Assembly: GCA_050949315.1 (NCBI GenBank)
Contig: JBMNFL010000001.1
Span: 947,444-1,011,443, forward strand
Length of the DNA stretch: 64,000 nt
Reading direction: 5' to 3'
From: Bacilli bacterium
GTDB taxonomy: Bacteria; Bacillota_I; Bacilli_A; RFN20; UBA1709
Of the stretch, positions 1 to 11,620 are shown one piece after another. The notes under the pieces are model-generated. The model made no database searches. It had not been told where the DNA came from and saw only the letters and a list, made by a program, of their open reading frames with translations. The translations under genes were made by a program, and so were the position numbers. Each line of letters begins with the position of its first letter. The first letter of the stretch is position 1.

Positions 1-44
1 AGGCCAAACTTATTGATGCCGGCGCTGAAGTTGAGATTAAGTAA
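1..44 (+). CDS. rplL: 50S ribosomal protein bL12 (L7/L12), 3' end (truncated by window)
   Basis: Frame from base 3 reads AKLIDAGAEVEIK*, the typical L7/L12 C-terminus; lies upstream of rsmC-rpoB. Confidence 0.9.
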   Translation, partial: AKLIDAGAEVEIK

Positions 45-56
45 TTAAAAAAGTAG

Positions 57-88
57 AAACCCGCGCCTTTTAATCAAGCGGGTTTTTT
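57..88 (+). terminator. Intrinsic terminator after rplL
   Basis: aaacccgc...gcgggttt stem followed by T run. Confidence 0.7.
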
Positions 89-108
89 ACTGATTTTAGG
101 AGCAGGTT

Positions 109-708
109 ATGGGGCAGTATTTTGATAATGATCCAAATTTAAAAAGCGAAAAATTTAACATAAAATACTATGTTAATAATCAAGAATTGCTTTTTAAAAG
201 CGATAGAGGTGTCTTTTCAAAAAGAACCGTAGATTTCGGTACAAAAACGATGTTGGAATACCTGTTAAAACAGCCGCTTTCAGGTCGAGGTGTAGACCTT
301 GGTTGTGGCTTAGGAATAATCGGTATTACGCTGTCTTTATTTAAGGATGTTACTATCGATATGGTCGACATTAATAAACGCGCGGTTTTGTTAGCGAAAG
401 AAAATGCCAAACAATACAACATTGACAAAAGTTTGATTTTAGAGAGCGATGGTTTAAAGGCCTTAACTCAAAAAAACTATGACTTTATTTTGACCAATCC
501 GCCGATTCGTGCCGGAAAAGCCACAGTCTATTCCTTTTTCACAGAAGCCTATGAATACTTAAAAACTGGCGGTTTTTTACTAGTGGTCATTCAAAAGAAA
601 CAAGGAGCCCCAAGTGCCAAAAACAAAATTCTTGAACTTTTTGGCAATTGTCAAATAGTAGACCGGAAAAAAGGATATCATCTTTTAAAAGCATTTAAAG
701 AAGTTTAA
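109..708 (+). CDS. rsmC: Class I SAM methyltransferase, RsmC/YbxB family
   Basis: GVFS, DLGCGLG and TNPPIRAGK motifs; conserved position between rplL and rpoB. Confidence 0.88.
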   Translation: MGQYFDNDPNLKSEKFNIKYYVNNQELLFKSDRGVFSKRTVDFGTKTMLEYLLKQPLSGRGVDLGCGLGIIGITLSLFKDVTIDMVDINKRAVLLAKENAKQYNIDKSLILESDGLKALTQKNYDFILTNPPIRAGKATVYSFFTEAYEYLKTGGFLLVVIQKKQGAPSAKNKILELFGNCQIVDRKKGYHLLKAFKEV

Positions 709-755
709 AAAAGCCAGACTTTCACATCAATTATTGGAAAAGTGTAAAAAAAGAC

Positions 756-784
756 TTGCAAAGCAATTGTTAAATTGCTATAAT
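756..784 (+). promoter_or_regulatory. sigmaA promoter of rpoBC
   Basis: TTGCAA-N17-TATAAT with TG extension; spacer holds AGCAATT-N4-AATTGCT palindrome. Confidence 0.75.
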
Positions 785-869
785 GCACAATTGCCTTTAT
801 ATGCACTTTTTTCATTTAAAAAAAGATTTGCTAAAGCAAAAGAAGTCAAATTCGAAGGAGTGAAAGCTA

Positions 870-3800
870 GTGGTTAAAAAAAATCAGCCTATACCTAGTG
901 AAACAAAGAGAATAGATTTCTCAAAGATTAGCGGCACTTTAGAGTTACCATATTTGGTGAGAATTCAAACTGATTCTTTCAGAAATTTTGTTGAAGAGGG
1001 AATTGTTGAGGTGTTCAACGATATTTATCCCATAGTTGCACCTAGTGGAAACATTGAATTAAATTACTTAGACTCGCATTTTGAGGAACCAAAATATTCA
1101 ATTGAAGAATGTAAAGATCGTGATATGACCTATGCCAAACCCTTAAAGGTTCGCTTAGGTCTGTTTGATAATTCTGAACACGGAGAGATTAAAGTCAGTG
1201 AAGTTTTTATGGGAGATTTTCCCTGGATGACCGATAGTGGCACTTTCATTATCAATGGTGCTGAAAGAGTCATCGTTTCACAATTAGTTAGATCACCCGG
1301 TGTTTATTTTAGCAAAGAAAGAGACAAATCTGGTAAATTCGTTTTTGGTGGCGATATTATTCCAGGGCGTGGGACTTGGTTACAATTTGAGACCGACGCT
1401 AAAGGTTTAATCAATGTAAGAATTGATCGAAATCGTAAGGTTTCAGCAACTACTTTGTTAAGAGCTTTGGGGTTGACTGGTGATGTCAAAGATTTGTTTG
1501 GTGATTGTGAACAATTAAGACAGACGATTGAAAAAGATAATACGATGAGCGAAATGCTTGATCGTGAAGATATTATTCGGGCAGCGATGATTGAAATCTA
1601 CAACCGCTTGCGCCCAGGCGAGCCCGCAACTGAGGAAGGAGCAAGAACTCTCCTTTTCCAGAAGTTTTTTGATGCTCGTCGCTATGATTTAGCTAAGGCT
1701 GGGCGCTTTAAATTCAAAAAGAAACTAGGTCTTTACAACCGTTTACTTGATCGTGTTTTGGCTGAAGACTTATGTGATGAAAATGGTGAACCTATTTATC
1801 GGGCAGGCACCCATATTGGTAAAGAAGAGTTGGCTGATTTAAGAGAGCGAAAAGTCTTCGAAAAAGGCGCACATAATCTAGAGTTACAGACTAATACAGC
1901 AATTGAAGATGGTGATACCAGTTGTCGGACCATTGTTCAAAAAATTCTAGTTTATAGCGATGAATCTCGTGAAAAAGTTCTTCCAATCATTGGAACTGAT
2001 TTGACGATTGAAAAACGCTGTTTAACTATAGCAGATATCATCGCGGCTTTTTCCTATTACGTCAACATCATTGAGGGTATTGGTGATACAGATGACATTG
2101 ATCATCTTGGGAATAGACGCGTTAAGACCGTTGGTGAACTATTGCAAAATCAATTTAGAATTGGCCTTTCTCGGATGGAAAGAAGCGTTAAAGAAAGAAT
2201 GACAATTGCGGAAAGTGATAAAATTACCGCTCAAAATTTAACCAACATTCGCCCTTTAACTTCCTCTATTAAGGAGTTTTTCTCTAGTTCTCAATTATCA
2301 CAATTTATGGATCAGACTAATCCTTTAGCTGAACTTACTAATAAACGTCGGCTTTCGGCTCTAGGGCCTGGGGGCTTATCGCGTGAGCGCGCAGGGATGG
2401 AAGTTCGTGACGTTCACTCCAGTCACTATGGGCGGATTTGTCCAATTGAAACGCCCGATGGTCCCAACATTGGTTTAATTAACAATCTTGCGACTTATGC
2501 TCGAGTAAATGAATATGGTTTTCTTGAAACCCCCTATCGTAAGGTCGTAAAACAAGATGACAAATATGTGGTATTAGAAGAAGAAATAAGATATCTTTCG
2601 GCTGACGATGAATATGATAAGTATATCGCTCAAGCCAATGTGCGTTTAGATGCTGATCATTCCATTGCTGATGAGGTAGTAGTTGTTCGTCATAAAGGCG
2701 AAAACATGATGGCGCCTAGAGAGATCGTTGATTTTGTTGACGTTTCTCCTAAGCAAATTGTTTCTGTAGCCGCCGCTTGTATTCCCTTCTTAGAAAACGA
2801 TGATGCCAAACGTGCCCTTATGGGGGCAAACATGCAGCGGCAAGCCGTTCCTTTACTGAAGCCTGAAGCGCCTTTTGTTGGTACGGGTATTGAAGCCAAG
2901 ATAGCCCATGACTCGGGTTTAGCGGTGATCGCCAAAGATGATGGCTTGGTCACTTATGTTGATTCAAAGAAAATTATCGTTCAAGAAAGTGGGGGCACAC
3001 GCGAGTATCGTCTTAGCAAGTTTGCCCGCAGCAATCAAGGCACAGCCATCAACCAGACGCCTATTGTTAAAAGAGGCCAGAAAATACGGGCTCGGGAAGT
3101 TATTGCTGATGGTCCTGCTATGGAAAATGGCGAACTAGCGCTCGGTCAAAACGTCACCATCGCTTTTATGACTTGGGATGGTTATAACTATGAAGATGCG
3201 GTCATCATGTCTGAACGCATGGTTAAGGATGATATTTATACTTCCATCCATATTGAAGAATATGATGTCGAATGTCGTGATACTAAACTGGGACCTGAAG
3301 AAATAACTAGGGATATTCCCAATATTTCGGAAGATTCAATGACCCAACTTGATGAACGCGGCATTGTTATTCCGGGGGCGGAAGTTAAAGAAGGCGACAT
3401 TTTAGTCGGTAAGATTACCCCTAAAGGTCAAAGTGAACCGACCCCTGAAGAAAAACTTTTGATGGCTATCTTTGGTGACAAAACTAAAGATGGCAAAGAT
3501 AACTCTTTGAGAGTTCCTCATGGCGGGGCGGGAATTATTTTGGATGTTAAGGTTTTCTCGCGCTCTAAAGGTGATGAGTTACCACCAGGGGTTAACGAAG
3601 TTGTTAGAGTTTTCATTGTTCAGAAAAGAAAGATTTCTGAAGGCGATAAAATGGCTGGTCGTCATGGTAACAAAGGTGTTATCAGTCGGATTTTGCCAGT
3701 TGAAGATATGCCATATCTAGCGGATGGTACGCCAATTGACATCATGCTCAATCCTTTAGGTGTCCCCAGCCGGATGAATATTGGTCAAGTTCTTGAAGTG

Positions 3801-4460
3801 CACTTGGGTGTTGCTGCCAAAAAACTAGGTCTAAAAGTAGCATCTTCTGTCTTTGATGGTTGCACTAATGAAGAACTACTTGATTTTATGGAAAAAGCCC
3901 AACTAGAAAAAGATGGTAAAGTTGTTCTTTATGATGGACGTACAGGGGAACCTTTTGATGAAAGGATTACCGTTGGAATCATGTATATGATTAAGCTTGC
4001 CCACATGGTTGATGATAAATTGCATGCCCGGGCTGTTGGTCCTTATTCTTTGGTAACTCAGCAACCATTAGGAGGTAAGGCGCAAAATGGTGGTCAACGT
4101 TTTGGCGAAATGGAAGTTTGGGCCTTGGAAGCCTATGGTGCCGCCCATACATTACAAGAAATTTTAACGGTCAAATCGGATGATATGATCGGTCGTGGTA
4201 AGACCTATGAAGCGATTACTAAGGGAAACATTATTCCAGATCCTGGTATTCCCGAATCCTTTAGAGTCTTACAAAAAGAATTACAAGCTTTAGCAATTGA
4301 TGTGAAGATTTTAGATAAAGACGGTCAAGAAATTGACATGAAAGAAATGGTCAAACATCGCGACCGCGAAGAAAGGCGCATCAGCGATTATGCGCGTGAG
4401 GTTGTCAGTGATTTCCGCTACGAGAGTAGTGAACAAGTCAATGATGACTTGGTAGAATAG
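870..4460 (+). CDS. rpoB: RNA polymerase beta subunit
   Basis: [33 protein letters not shown] and [18 protein letters not shown] motifs; GTG start with GAAGGAG SD. Confidence 0.99.
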   Translation: MVKKNQPIPSETKRIDFSKISGTLELPYLVRIQTDSFRNFVEEGIVEVFNDIYPIVAPSGNIELNYLDSHFEEPKYSIEECKDRDMTYAKPLKVRLGLFDNSEHGEIKVSEVFMGDFPWMTDSGTFIINGAERVIVSQLVRSPGVYFSKERDKSGKFVFGGDIIPGRGTWLQFETDAKGLINVRIDRNRKVSATTLLRALGLTGDVKDLFGDCEQLRQTIEKDNTMSEMLDREDIIRAAMIEIYNRLRPGEPATEEGARTLLFQKFFDARRYDLAKAGRFKFKKKLGLYNRLLDRVLAEDLCDENGEPIYRAGTHIGKEELADLRERKVFEKGAHNLELQTNTAIEDGDTSCRTIVQKILVYSDESREKVLPIIGTDLTIEKRCLTIADIIAAFSYYVNIIEGIGDTDDIDHLGNRRVKTVGELLQNQFRIGLSRMERSVKERMTIAESDKITAQNLTNIRPLTSSIKEFFSSSQLSQFMDQTNPLAELTNKRRLSALGPGGLSRERAGMEVRDVHSSHYGRICPIETPDGPNIGLINNLATYARVNEYGFLETPYRKVVKQDDKYVVLEEEIRYLSADDEYDKYIAQANVRLDADHSIADEVVVVRHKGENMMAPREIVDFVDVSPKQIVSVAAACIPFLENDDAKRALMGANMQRQAVPLLKPEAPFVGTGIEAKIAHDSGLAVIAKDDGLVTYVDSKKIIVQESGGTREYRLSKFARSNQGTAINQTPIVKRGQKIRAREVIADGPAMENGELALGQNVTIAFMTWDGYNYEDAVIMSERMVKDDIYTSIHIEEYDVECRDTKLGPEEITRDIPNISEDSMTQLDERGIVIPGAEVKEGDILVGKITPKGQSEPTPEEKLLMAIFGDKTKDGKDNSLRVPHGGAGIILDVKVFSRSKGDELPPGVNEVVRVFIVQKRKISEGDKMAGRHGNKGVISRILPVEDMPYLADGTPIDIMLNPLGVPSRMNIGQVLEVHLGVAAKKLGLKVASSVFDGCTNEELLDFMEKAQLEKDGKVVLYDGRTGEPFDERITVGIMYMIKLAHMVDDKLHARAVGPYSLVTQQPLGGKAQNGGQRFGEMEVWALEAYGAAHTLQEILTVKSDDMIGRGKTYEAITKGNIIPDPGIPESFRVLQKELQALAIDVKILDKDGQEIDMKEMVKHRDREERRISDYAREVVSDFRYESSEQVNDDLVE

Positions 4461-4473
4461 GGGGTGTAGGGTA

Positions 4474-7400
4474 ATGTTTGATGTTAATCGTTTCGCCGCC
4501 ATTCAGGTTGGCTTAGCATCGCCAGAAAAAATCCGTGAGTGGTCCCATGGGGAAGTAACTAAACCCGAAACCATCAATTATCGCAGCCAAAAACCCGAAA
4601 GAGATGGGTTATTCTGTGAGAGAATTTTTGGACCTAGTCGCGACTATGAATGTTACTGTGGTAAGTATAAGAAAATGTACTATCGGGGTTTTATTTGTGA
4701 AAAGTGTGGTGTGGAAATAACCACCAAGTCTGTAAGACGGGAAAGAATGGGGCATATTGATTTAGCGGCACCAGTCGCTCATATTTGGTATTTAAAGGGC
4801 ATCCCTTCTAGAATGGCTCAAGTCCTCAATGTTTCACCTAAAGATTTAGAGGAGGTCATTTACTTTATTTCCCGCATTTGTTTAAATCCTGGAACCACCA
4901 AGTACTTATCATACCGCGAGATTTTAGATGAGCGTAAAGCTCGTGAGAGTTTTTGTATGATTGTTGAAGAAATTCAAAACACTCTTGCCGAAGACGACCC
5001 TGATTATGCTCGTTGCAGCGAGATGATTTTAAAGATGAAAAATCTTAAAGAAACCTTTGATTTTTATAGTGTTTCCAATTTTATTAATAAATATACTGGG
5101 GCAGAATTTGGCGTTGGAGCTGAAGCGGTCCAAAGACTTTTAAGAGAAGTTGATATTGAAAAAGAATTCCAACAGGCCCAAGAAGAGTATCGAGAAACCC
5201 AAGGAACCAAGAATCCCAAAAGAGCGAAATTAATCAAAAGGCTTGAGGTTCTTGATGCTTTTAGACAGTCAGAAAACAAACCTGAATGGATGGTTCTCGA
5301 TGTCTTGCCAGTTTTACCACCGGAGTTAAGACCGATGCTACCTTTGGATGGTGGACGCTTTGCTGCCTCCGATATGAATGATCTCTATCGGCGGGTAATT
5401 TCGCGTAATCTTCGTTTGAAGAAACTTTTAGAAATCAAAGCACCATCAGTCATTTTGATGAATGAAAAGCGAATGTTACAAGAAGCCGTTGATGCCTTAA
5501 TTGATAATGGGCGTAGGGCGAAGGCTGTAACTGGACCCAGTGGCCGGCAATTAAAATCCTTGTCGCATAGTCTCAAGGGAAAACAAGGACGCTTCCGTCA
5601 AAATTTACTCGGCAAACGGGTGGATTATTCAGGACGTTCTGTCATCGTCGTTGGTCCAGATCTTAAGATGGATCAATGCGGGATTCCTCGTGAGATGGCG
5701 ATTCAACTATTTAAACCTTTTATCGTCTGTAAGATGATTAAGCAGGGTTTAGCTTTGAGTAGTAAGAATGCTGATAGATTGATTGAAAGATATGATGACC
5801 GCATCTGGGGTGTTTTAGATGAGGTTATCATTGATCATCCCGTTTTACTAAACCGGGCACCAACTCTACACCGCTTAGGTATTCAAGCTTTTGAACCCAA
5901 ACTAGTGGATGGTCGAGCCATTCGTTTACACCCCTTAGTCTGTGCGGCTTTCAACGCTGACTTTGATGGTGACCAGATGGCCGTCCACGTTCCCTTAAGC
6001 AACGAGGCGATTTGGGAAGCGCGTAATTTAATGCTTGGTGCTAACAATATTTTGGGTCCTAAGGATGGTAAGCCCATCGTTACCCCTTCGCAAGATATGG
6101 TTTTAGGTAACTATTACCTTACTAGTGAAGAAACCGCTGAGGGTTTTCAAAAGCAGGCGGAACAAGCGCGCAAATGGCATAATGTTAAGAAAGCCGAGAG
6201 ATATGAACTTTATGCCCAATGTGAAGGCAAGGTTTTTGGTTCCCCAGAAGAAGCAATAATGGCCTGTCAAACTAAACAAATTCATATTCAAAACCGCATT
6301 GCTATCCGTGCAAGCGCGATGCATAAAACAACTTTTAGTGAAGAGCAGAAAAAATGTTATCTTGTCACTACGGTTGGCAAGTTGATTTTTAATCAAATTT
6401 TCCCTGAAGATTTCCCTTACATCAATTGTACCGATACTGCTAATATCCAGGCGACTCCTGATTATTTCTTCCTAAGACCGGGAGAAAACATCAAGGATTG
6501 TATTGCTAAAATGCCGCTTAATAGTCCTTTCAAGAAAAAGGAACTTGGCAAGGTTATCAATGCTTTCTTTGGTCGTTATGGAACGCAGGCAACTTCTAAG
6601 ATGTTAGATATGCTTAAAGATCAAGGCTTCAAATATGCCACTTTTGCAGCAGTCACGGTTTCTTTGTCGGATATTGTTGTCATGGAAAAGAAGGAAATCT
6701 TTGATGCGGCAGAAAAAGAAATCGCTGAATACACCGAATATTACAATGATGGTTTATTGACCGATGATGAACGCCATAATCAGGTAATTAAAATTTGGTC
6801 TCGGGTTAAAGATAATCTTACAGAAGAACTTTACGATAAGTTTGCTGAAAATAAACGCAACCCCATCTTCATGATGGCTGATTCGGGAGCGCGTGGTGAC
6901 AAATCCAACTTCGCTCAATTAGCAGGTATGCGTGGCCTTATGAACAACCCGACAGGAGAAATTATTGAATTACCAATCAAATCTTCTTTCCGGGAAGGTC
7001 TTAATGTTTCAGAATACTTTATTTCAACTCACGGTGCCCGTAAGGGTGGAGCGGATACCGCTCTTAAAACCGCGGAGTCTGGTTACTTAACTAGGCGTTT
7101 AGTCGACGTCGCTCATGATGTCATTGTCCGCGAAGAGGATTGTCATACTGATCATGGAACAATGGTTTCTAAGATTGTTGATTCCTTTGATGGTTCCATT
7201 ATTGAAGAATTCCGCGATCGTTTGATTGGCCGTTATGCCATGCATGATATTATCAGTCCCAAAACCAAAGAAGTGTTGGTGGCGGCGAATGAGATGATTA
7301 ACGAAGCTGAAGCCGATGCCATTATTGATTCAGGCTTAGAAAGCGTGGAGATTAGGACGCTCTTTTCCTGCAAAACTAAAGAAGGCGTTTGTAAGATGTG

Positions 7401-8334
7401 TTATGGTCGCAATTTGGCGACCGGTCGTCCCGTTGAAATTGGTGAAGCGGTTGGCGTTATGGCGGCCCAGTCCATCGGTGAACCAGGAACTCAATTAACC
7501 TTAAGAACTTTCCACACCGGTGGTGTGGCGGGTGGTAGTGATATCACACGTGGTCTACCAAGAGTTCAAGAACTTTTTGAAGCAAGAAATCCCAAAGGCG
7601 AAGCTTTAATCACCGAAATTAGTGGTGAAGTTGCTTCAATTGAGGAAAAAGAGCCAGGTCGCTCCGAAGTGACAATTAAGAATGATTTTGAGGAAAAGAA
7701 ATATTTGACACCTTTTAATGCTAAACTGAAGGTCGCTCAAAAAGATAAGGTTCAAAGTGGTCAAATGTTGACCGAAGGAGCAATCAATCCCAAACAGTTA
7801 CTGGATGTTACTGATGTTACGACCGTTGAGAATTACCTTCTCAAAGAAGTTCAAAAAGTTTATCGTCCTGTTCAGGGTATTGAAATTGCCGATAAGCATA
7901 TTGAAGTTATTATTCGTCAGATGTTTAGAAAAGTTTCCATCATCGATGGAGGCGATACCAATCTTTTGCCAGGACGTAGAGTTAGCTTAAGGAAATTTAC
8001 GGAAGCGAATAGAAAGATTTTACTAGAAGGTAAAAGACCAGCAGTGGCTCGTCCCATCATTCTTGGCATTACCAAGGCCTCATTAGAAACAGATTCCTTC
8101 CTTTCAGCGGCTTCTTTCCAAGAAACCACCAGAGTCTTAGCTGATGCTACCACGAAAGGTAAAACTGATTATCTGCATGGTCTTAAGGAAAACGTTATTA
8201 TTGGTAAGTTAATTCCGGCTGGCACTGGCTTATGTCGCAACCGGCGTTTTGCCACTGAAGGCTTTGATGAAGACGGGAATCCTATCCCTGTTGTCAAAGA
8301 AAAAGTTGAGGACGAAGAAATAGAAACTGAATAG
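4474..8334 (+). CDS. rpoC: RNA polymerase beta' subunit
   Basis: N-terminal Zn finger, NADFDGDQM catalytic motif, SAASFQETT. Confidence 0.99.
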   Translation: MFDVNRFAAIQVGLASPEKIREWSHGEVTKPETINYRSQKPERDGLFCERIFGPSRDYECYCGKYKKMYYRGFICEKCGVEITTKSVRRERMGHIDLAAPVAHIWYLKGIPSRMAQVLNVSPKDLEEVIYFISRICLNPGTTKYLSYREILDERKARESFCMIVEEIQNTLAEDDPDYARCSEMILKMKNLKETFDFYSVSNFINKYTGAEFGVGAEAVQRLLREVDIEKEFQQAQEEYRETQGTKNPKRAKLIKRLEVLDAFRQSENKPEWMVLDVLPVLPPELRPMLPLDGGRFAASDMNDLYRRVISRNLRLKKLLEIKAPSVILMNEKRMLQEAVDALIDNGRRAKAVTGPSGRQLKSLSHSLKGKQGRFRQNLLGKRVDYSGRSVIVVGPDLKMDQCGIPREMAIQLFKPFIVCKMIKQGLALSSKNADRLIERYDDRIWGVLDEVIIDHPVLLNRAPTLHRLGIQAFEPKLVDGRAIRLHPLVCAAFNADFDGDQMAVHVPLSNEAIWEARNLMLGANNILGPKDGKPIVTPSQDMVLGNYYLTSEETAEGFQKQAEQARKWHNVKKAERYELYAQCEGKVFGSPEEAIMACQTKQIHIQNRIAIRASAMHKTTFSEEQKKCYLVTTVGKLIFNQIFPEDFPYINCTDTANIQATPDYFFLRPGENIKDCIAKMPLNSPFKKKELGKVINAFFGRYGTQATSKMLDMLKDQGFKYATFAAVTVSLSDIVVMEKKEIFDAAEKEIAEYTEYYNDGLLTDDERHNQVIKIWSRVKDNLTEELYDKFAENKRNPIFMMADSGARGDKSNFAQLAGMRGLMNNPTGEIIELPIKSSFREGLNVSEYFISTHGARKGGADTALKTAESGYLTRRLVDVAHDVIVREEDCHTDHGTMVSKIVDSFDGSIIEEFRDRLIGRYAMHDIISPKTKEVLVAANEMINEAEADAIIDSGLESVEIRTLFSCKTKEGVCKMCYGRNLATGRPVEIGEAVGVMAAQSIGEPGTQLTLRTFHTGGVAGGSDITRGLPRVQELFEARNPKGEALITEISGEVASIEEKEPGRSEVTIKNDFEEKKYLTPFNAKLKVAQKDKVQSGQMLTEGAINPKQLLDVTDVTTVENYLLKEVQKVYRPVQGIEIADKHIEVIIRQMFRKVSIIDGGDTNLLPGRRVSLRKFTEANRKILLEGKRPAVARPIILGITKASLETDSFLSAASFQETTRVLADATTKGKTDYLHGLKENVIIGKLIPAGTGLCRNRRFATEGFDEDGNPIPVVKEKVEDEEIETE

Positions 8335-8339
8335 TTAAT

Positions 8340-8364
8340 AGGGCTCACAAAAAGTGAACCCTTT
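8340..8364 (+). terminator. Intrinsic terminator after rpoC
   Basis: aggg(c)tcac-aaaaa-gtga(a)ccct followed by ttt. Confidence 0.6.
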
Positions 8365-8435
8365 ATCTTGAAATATCCTTTGATTATGGCATAAAATAAA
8401 ATAAAGCATTACTATAAAAGGGGAGAAAATCAAAG

Positions 8436-9617
8436 ATGCCCAAAAAACTCAGAGTCTTAGAAGGCATGGATGTCTATTTACCAGACACTGATGGGGTAAT
8501 CAACGCCTTACATAATTATAGTTTGAACCTCTATAAAAGAGTTGATTTAACTGTCATGGCCCCTAAGCATCGCGGTCATATTGATAATCAAGCGTACAGA
8601 ATTATTCGCTGTCGTTCTTTGCGTGTGCCTATTATCGATAATTATTATGGTTTACCAAGTAGAGATAGCAAGTTTAAACAAAGGCTTTTGCGAGAAGATT
8701 ACGATATCATTCATATTCATTCACCTTTTGCCATGTTGCGTTTTGGACTTAAACTTGCTAGGAAAAAGGGCATTCCTATCGTCGCTACTTTTCATAGTGA
8801 TATGCGCACAATTTTTAAAAGCATGTTCTTCTTTAATTGGATTGTTAATGCTTTGGTCAATAGGATAGGCAAACTTTATAATCAAGTAGATGAAGTCTTC
8901 TGTATTTCCTCTTTAGTTGAAGAGCAATTGCGCTCTTATGGCTATACAGGCAAGGTTACTTATTTACCTTATGGTACTGATTTTGCGCGTTCAAATAAAG
9001 TAGAAGAACTTTGGGAAGAAGGCAATCAAAAATTCGATCTTGAGAATGAAGAAACGCTCTTTATTTTTGTTGGTAGAATCATGAAATTAAAAAGGATTGA
9101 TTTCATCCTTGAAAGTTTAAAAATTGTCAAGGAAAATGGCTACAAATTTAAATTCAAAATTGTAGGAAAAGGCCCTGAAACTCGTATTTTAAAAAGAAAA
9201 GTTAAAGAGTTAAAATTAGAGAATGAAGTTTGCTTCCTTGGTTTCATTCCGCGTGAAGATTTTCCAGCCCTTTATGCACGCGGCGATCTACTTTTATTTC
9301 CCTCTTTATATGACAATTTCGGTCTTGTTAAAGTGGAAGCTGCCGCCTTTGCTACCGCGGGTTTATTTATTGAAAATTCCTGTGCTGGCGATGGGATAAT
9401 TGATGGAGTTAATGGCTACTTAGCCGCTAACAATCCTGAGGCTTTTGCTAGTAAAATTATAGAAGCAATTAAGGATAAAGAAAAACTTCGACAGGTGGGT
9501 TTAAAAGCCTGGGAAGATGTTTATATTTCTTGGGATGAATGTTCGCAACAATTATTAAAGCGACTTGAGGCCATTGTTTTAGATAAGAAAGCTCAAAAGG
9601 AAAAGGTGTCCGCGTGA
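8436..9617 (+). CDS. GT4 glycosyltransferase (1,2-diacylglycerol glucosyltransferase-like)
   Basis: DVYLPDTDGV, DIIHIHSPF, FVGRI..LK and DNFGLVKVEAAA motifs. Confidence 0.85.
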   Translation: MPKKLRVLEGMDVYLPDTDGVINALHNYSLNLYKRVDLTVMAPKHRGHIDNQAYRIIRCRSLRVPIIDNYYGLPSRDSKFKQRLLREDYDIIHIHSPFAMLRFGLKLARKKGIPIVATFHSDMRTIFKSMFFFNWIVNALVNRIGKLYNQVDEVFCISSLVEEQLRSYGYTGKVTYLPYGTDFARSNKVEELWEEGNQKFDLENEETLFIFVGRIMKLKRIDFILESLKIVKENGYKFKFKIVGKGPETRILKRKVKELKLENEVCFLGFIPREDFPALYARGDLLLFPSLYDNFGLVKVEAAAFATAGLFIENSCAGDGIIDGVNGYLAANNPEAFASKIIEAIKDKEKLRQVGLKAWEDVYISWDECSQQLLKRLEAIVLDKKAQKEKVSA

Positions 9618-9625
9618 CACCTTTC

Positions 9626-9856
9626 TTATTTAACAACTTCGACTCCGCAAACGCCAGGGACTTCATCCATGAGAATCATTTCGATGCCGCCATAGACGGT
9701 ACTATCTTGTAGGGGGCAATCAACACAGGCACCTTTCATTCGAATTTTAACGATGCCATCCTGATAACTGACAAATTCACAATCGCCACCTTCCCTTTGG
9801 ATAAAGGGCCGGATTTTATCTAAAACTTCCTTAATTTGTTCTTCAATATTTTCCAT
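9626..9856 (-). CDS. NifU C-terminal domain protein (Nfu/YutI-like Fe-S carrier)
   Basis: IRPFIQREGGD and GACVDCP (CxxC) motifs. Confidence 0.9.
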   Translation of the reverse strand: MENIEEQIKEVLDKIRPFIQREGGDCEFVSYQDGIVKIRMKGACVDCPLQDSTVYGGIEMILMDEVPGVCGVEVVK

Positions 9857-9947
9857 AATACACCTCTATTAGTTTGTGTAGTCAGTATAGCATCTTGCAC
9901 TAATTTCGTAAAGAAATTATAATCAAGAAAACACGATGGGGGATTCA

Positions 9948-11585
9948 ATGGCCAGAATTTATCGAACAGGAGAAATCATTTACGGGATAGTTACCGGTTT
10001 TCAGCCTTATGGGGCTTTTGTCGAATTAAAGGATGGTGGCACGGGTTTAGTACACATCTCTGAGATCTCGGCGGACTATGTTCGTAATATTGAGGATTAT
10101 CTTAAATTAGGCGAGGAGACACTTTTTTATGTCATTGATTATGATGAAGAACGCGCCCACGCCCGTTTAAGCTTAAAGCGTTTAAGAAAAGAGGGAAGAA
10201 ATAAAAGAAAGGCCGCCTTGTTTAAACGCAATAAGAAAGAACTAGATAAAAACAAGGATCTTTTCCCCTTTATTTCCGAAATAGTAGATGAAATTTTAAA
10301 GAAAGAACAGGCTCAAAAAATGTTAAGTATTGATAAAAATTATTGTTTAAGAGATTTCGATTATCAAAATTATCAAAGTGAAATTGATAGGGTCGATGAA
10401 TTAATTCGTAAGCGAACAGGACTTGGTGGGGATTTTTTAGGTTTCTTAGATTATGCCCATACTTTTGATGATAAAGAACTTTTAAGAATCCTGCGTTTAG
10501 CAGAAGAAATTCGTGGCAAATACGACACCTTTGTTGTCTGTGGTATCGGGGGTTCTTATCTAGGGGCAAAAGCAGGCATTGAAATGCTTAAAACACCTAA
10601 TTTTACTAATGATATAGAACTATTATTTTTAGGCAACACCTTTTCTTCTGACTATACGAAAAACCTTTTAGAATATTTAGAGAGCCGTGATTTTGCTATC
10701 AATGTTATCTCTAAGAGTGGCTCAACCTTAGAAACCGCCATCGGCTTTCGTTTCCTAAGGGAGTTGCTAATCAAAAAATATGGCAAAGAAGAGAGTAGAA
10801 GACGCATTTTTATCACTACTGATAGTGAAAAAGGCGAGTTGCGAACTTTAAGCAACAGGGAAGGTTACACTTCTTTTGTAATACCCGATAATATTCAAGG
10901 TCGTTACTCGGTTTTCACTCCCGTCGGTCTTTTTCCTTTAGCAATAGCAGGTGTAGATATCGCTAGTTTGTTACAGGGAGTAAGAAAAGCGATGCTTGAT
11001 CTTGAAAGTAAAAGTGTCCAAGAAAATGCTGCTTATCAGTACGCTCTTTTAAGAAGAGAGTTAGCAAAAGAAAAAACGGTTGAACTTTTCGTCAGTTATG
11101 AACCCACTTTACTTTATTTTGCTGAATGGTGGAAACAACTATTTGGAGAGTCAGAAGGTAAAGAAGGAAAGGGTCTTTTCCCAGCCAGTGCTATCTATTC
11201 AACTGACTTACATTCTCTAGGACAATTTGTTCAAGATGGTAAAAAAACATTATTTGAAACCATGCTTTTATTTGATGAAAGCGCAGAGTTAGCTATTCCC
11301 GAACTGTCTGATGGTCAAAGTGTATTAGATAGACTTGAAGGAAGGGACTTAAGTTTTCTTAATAAAATTGTCAGCAAGGCGACTATTAAGGCCCATAATT
11401 TAGGGGGAGTTCCTATTATTTTACTGCGTTATCCCAAACGTGATGCCTTCGGCTTTGGTTACCTTTGTTATTTCTTTATGTTTAGTATTGTAGCTTCCGC
11501 TTATCTAATTGGGGTCAATCCCTGTGATCAGGAAGCGGTTGAGGTCTATAAAAAAGAAATAAAGAAGTTATTAAGTGAAGATTAA
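9948..11585 (+). CDS. pgi: Fusion: S1 RNA-binding domain (GSP13/YugI/CvfD-like) + glucose-6-phosphate isomerase
   Basis: N-terminal GIVTGFQPYGAFV..GLVHISEIS S1 motif; from about 10320 the PGI motifs GIGGSYLG, SKSGST, GRYSV, QLFGESEGK, DLHSLGQ; one uninterrupted frame. Confidence 0.9.
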   Translation: MARIYRTGEIIYGIVTGFQPYGAFVELKDGGTGLVHISEISADYVRNIEDYLKLGEETLFYVIDYDEERAHARLSLKRLRKEGRNKRKAALFKRNKKELDKNKDLFPFISEIVDEILKKEQAQKMLSIDKNYCLRDFDYQNYQSEIDRVDELIRKRTGLGGDFLGFLDYAHTFDDKELLRILRLAEEIRGKYDTFVVCGIGGSYLGAKAGIEMLKTPNFTNDIELLFLGNTFSSDYTKNLLEYLESRDFAINVISKSGSTLETAIGFRFLRELLIKKYGKEESRRRIFITTDSEKGELRTLSNREGYTSFVIPDNIQGRYSVFTPVGLFPLAIAGVDIASLLQGVRKAMLDLESKSVQENAAYQYALLRRELAKEKTVELFVSYEPTLLYFAEWWKQLFGESEGKEGKGLFPASAIYSTDLHSLGQFVQDGKKTLFETMLLFDESAELAIPELSDGQSVLDRLEGRDLSFLNKIVSKATIKAHNLGGVPIILLRYPKRDAFGFGYLCYFFMFSIVASAYLIGVNPCDQEAVEVYKKEIKKLLSED

Positions 11586-11589
11586 AATA

Positions 11590-11620
11590 AAAAAAATTCC
11601 TGACTGATTTAGGAATTTTT
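11590..11620. terminator. Bidirectional terminator between pgi fusion and surE
   Basis: aaaaaattcct...aggaatttttt. Confidence 0.6.
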
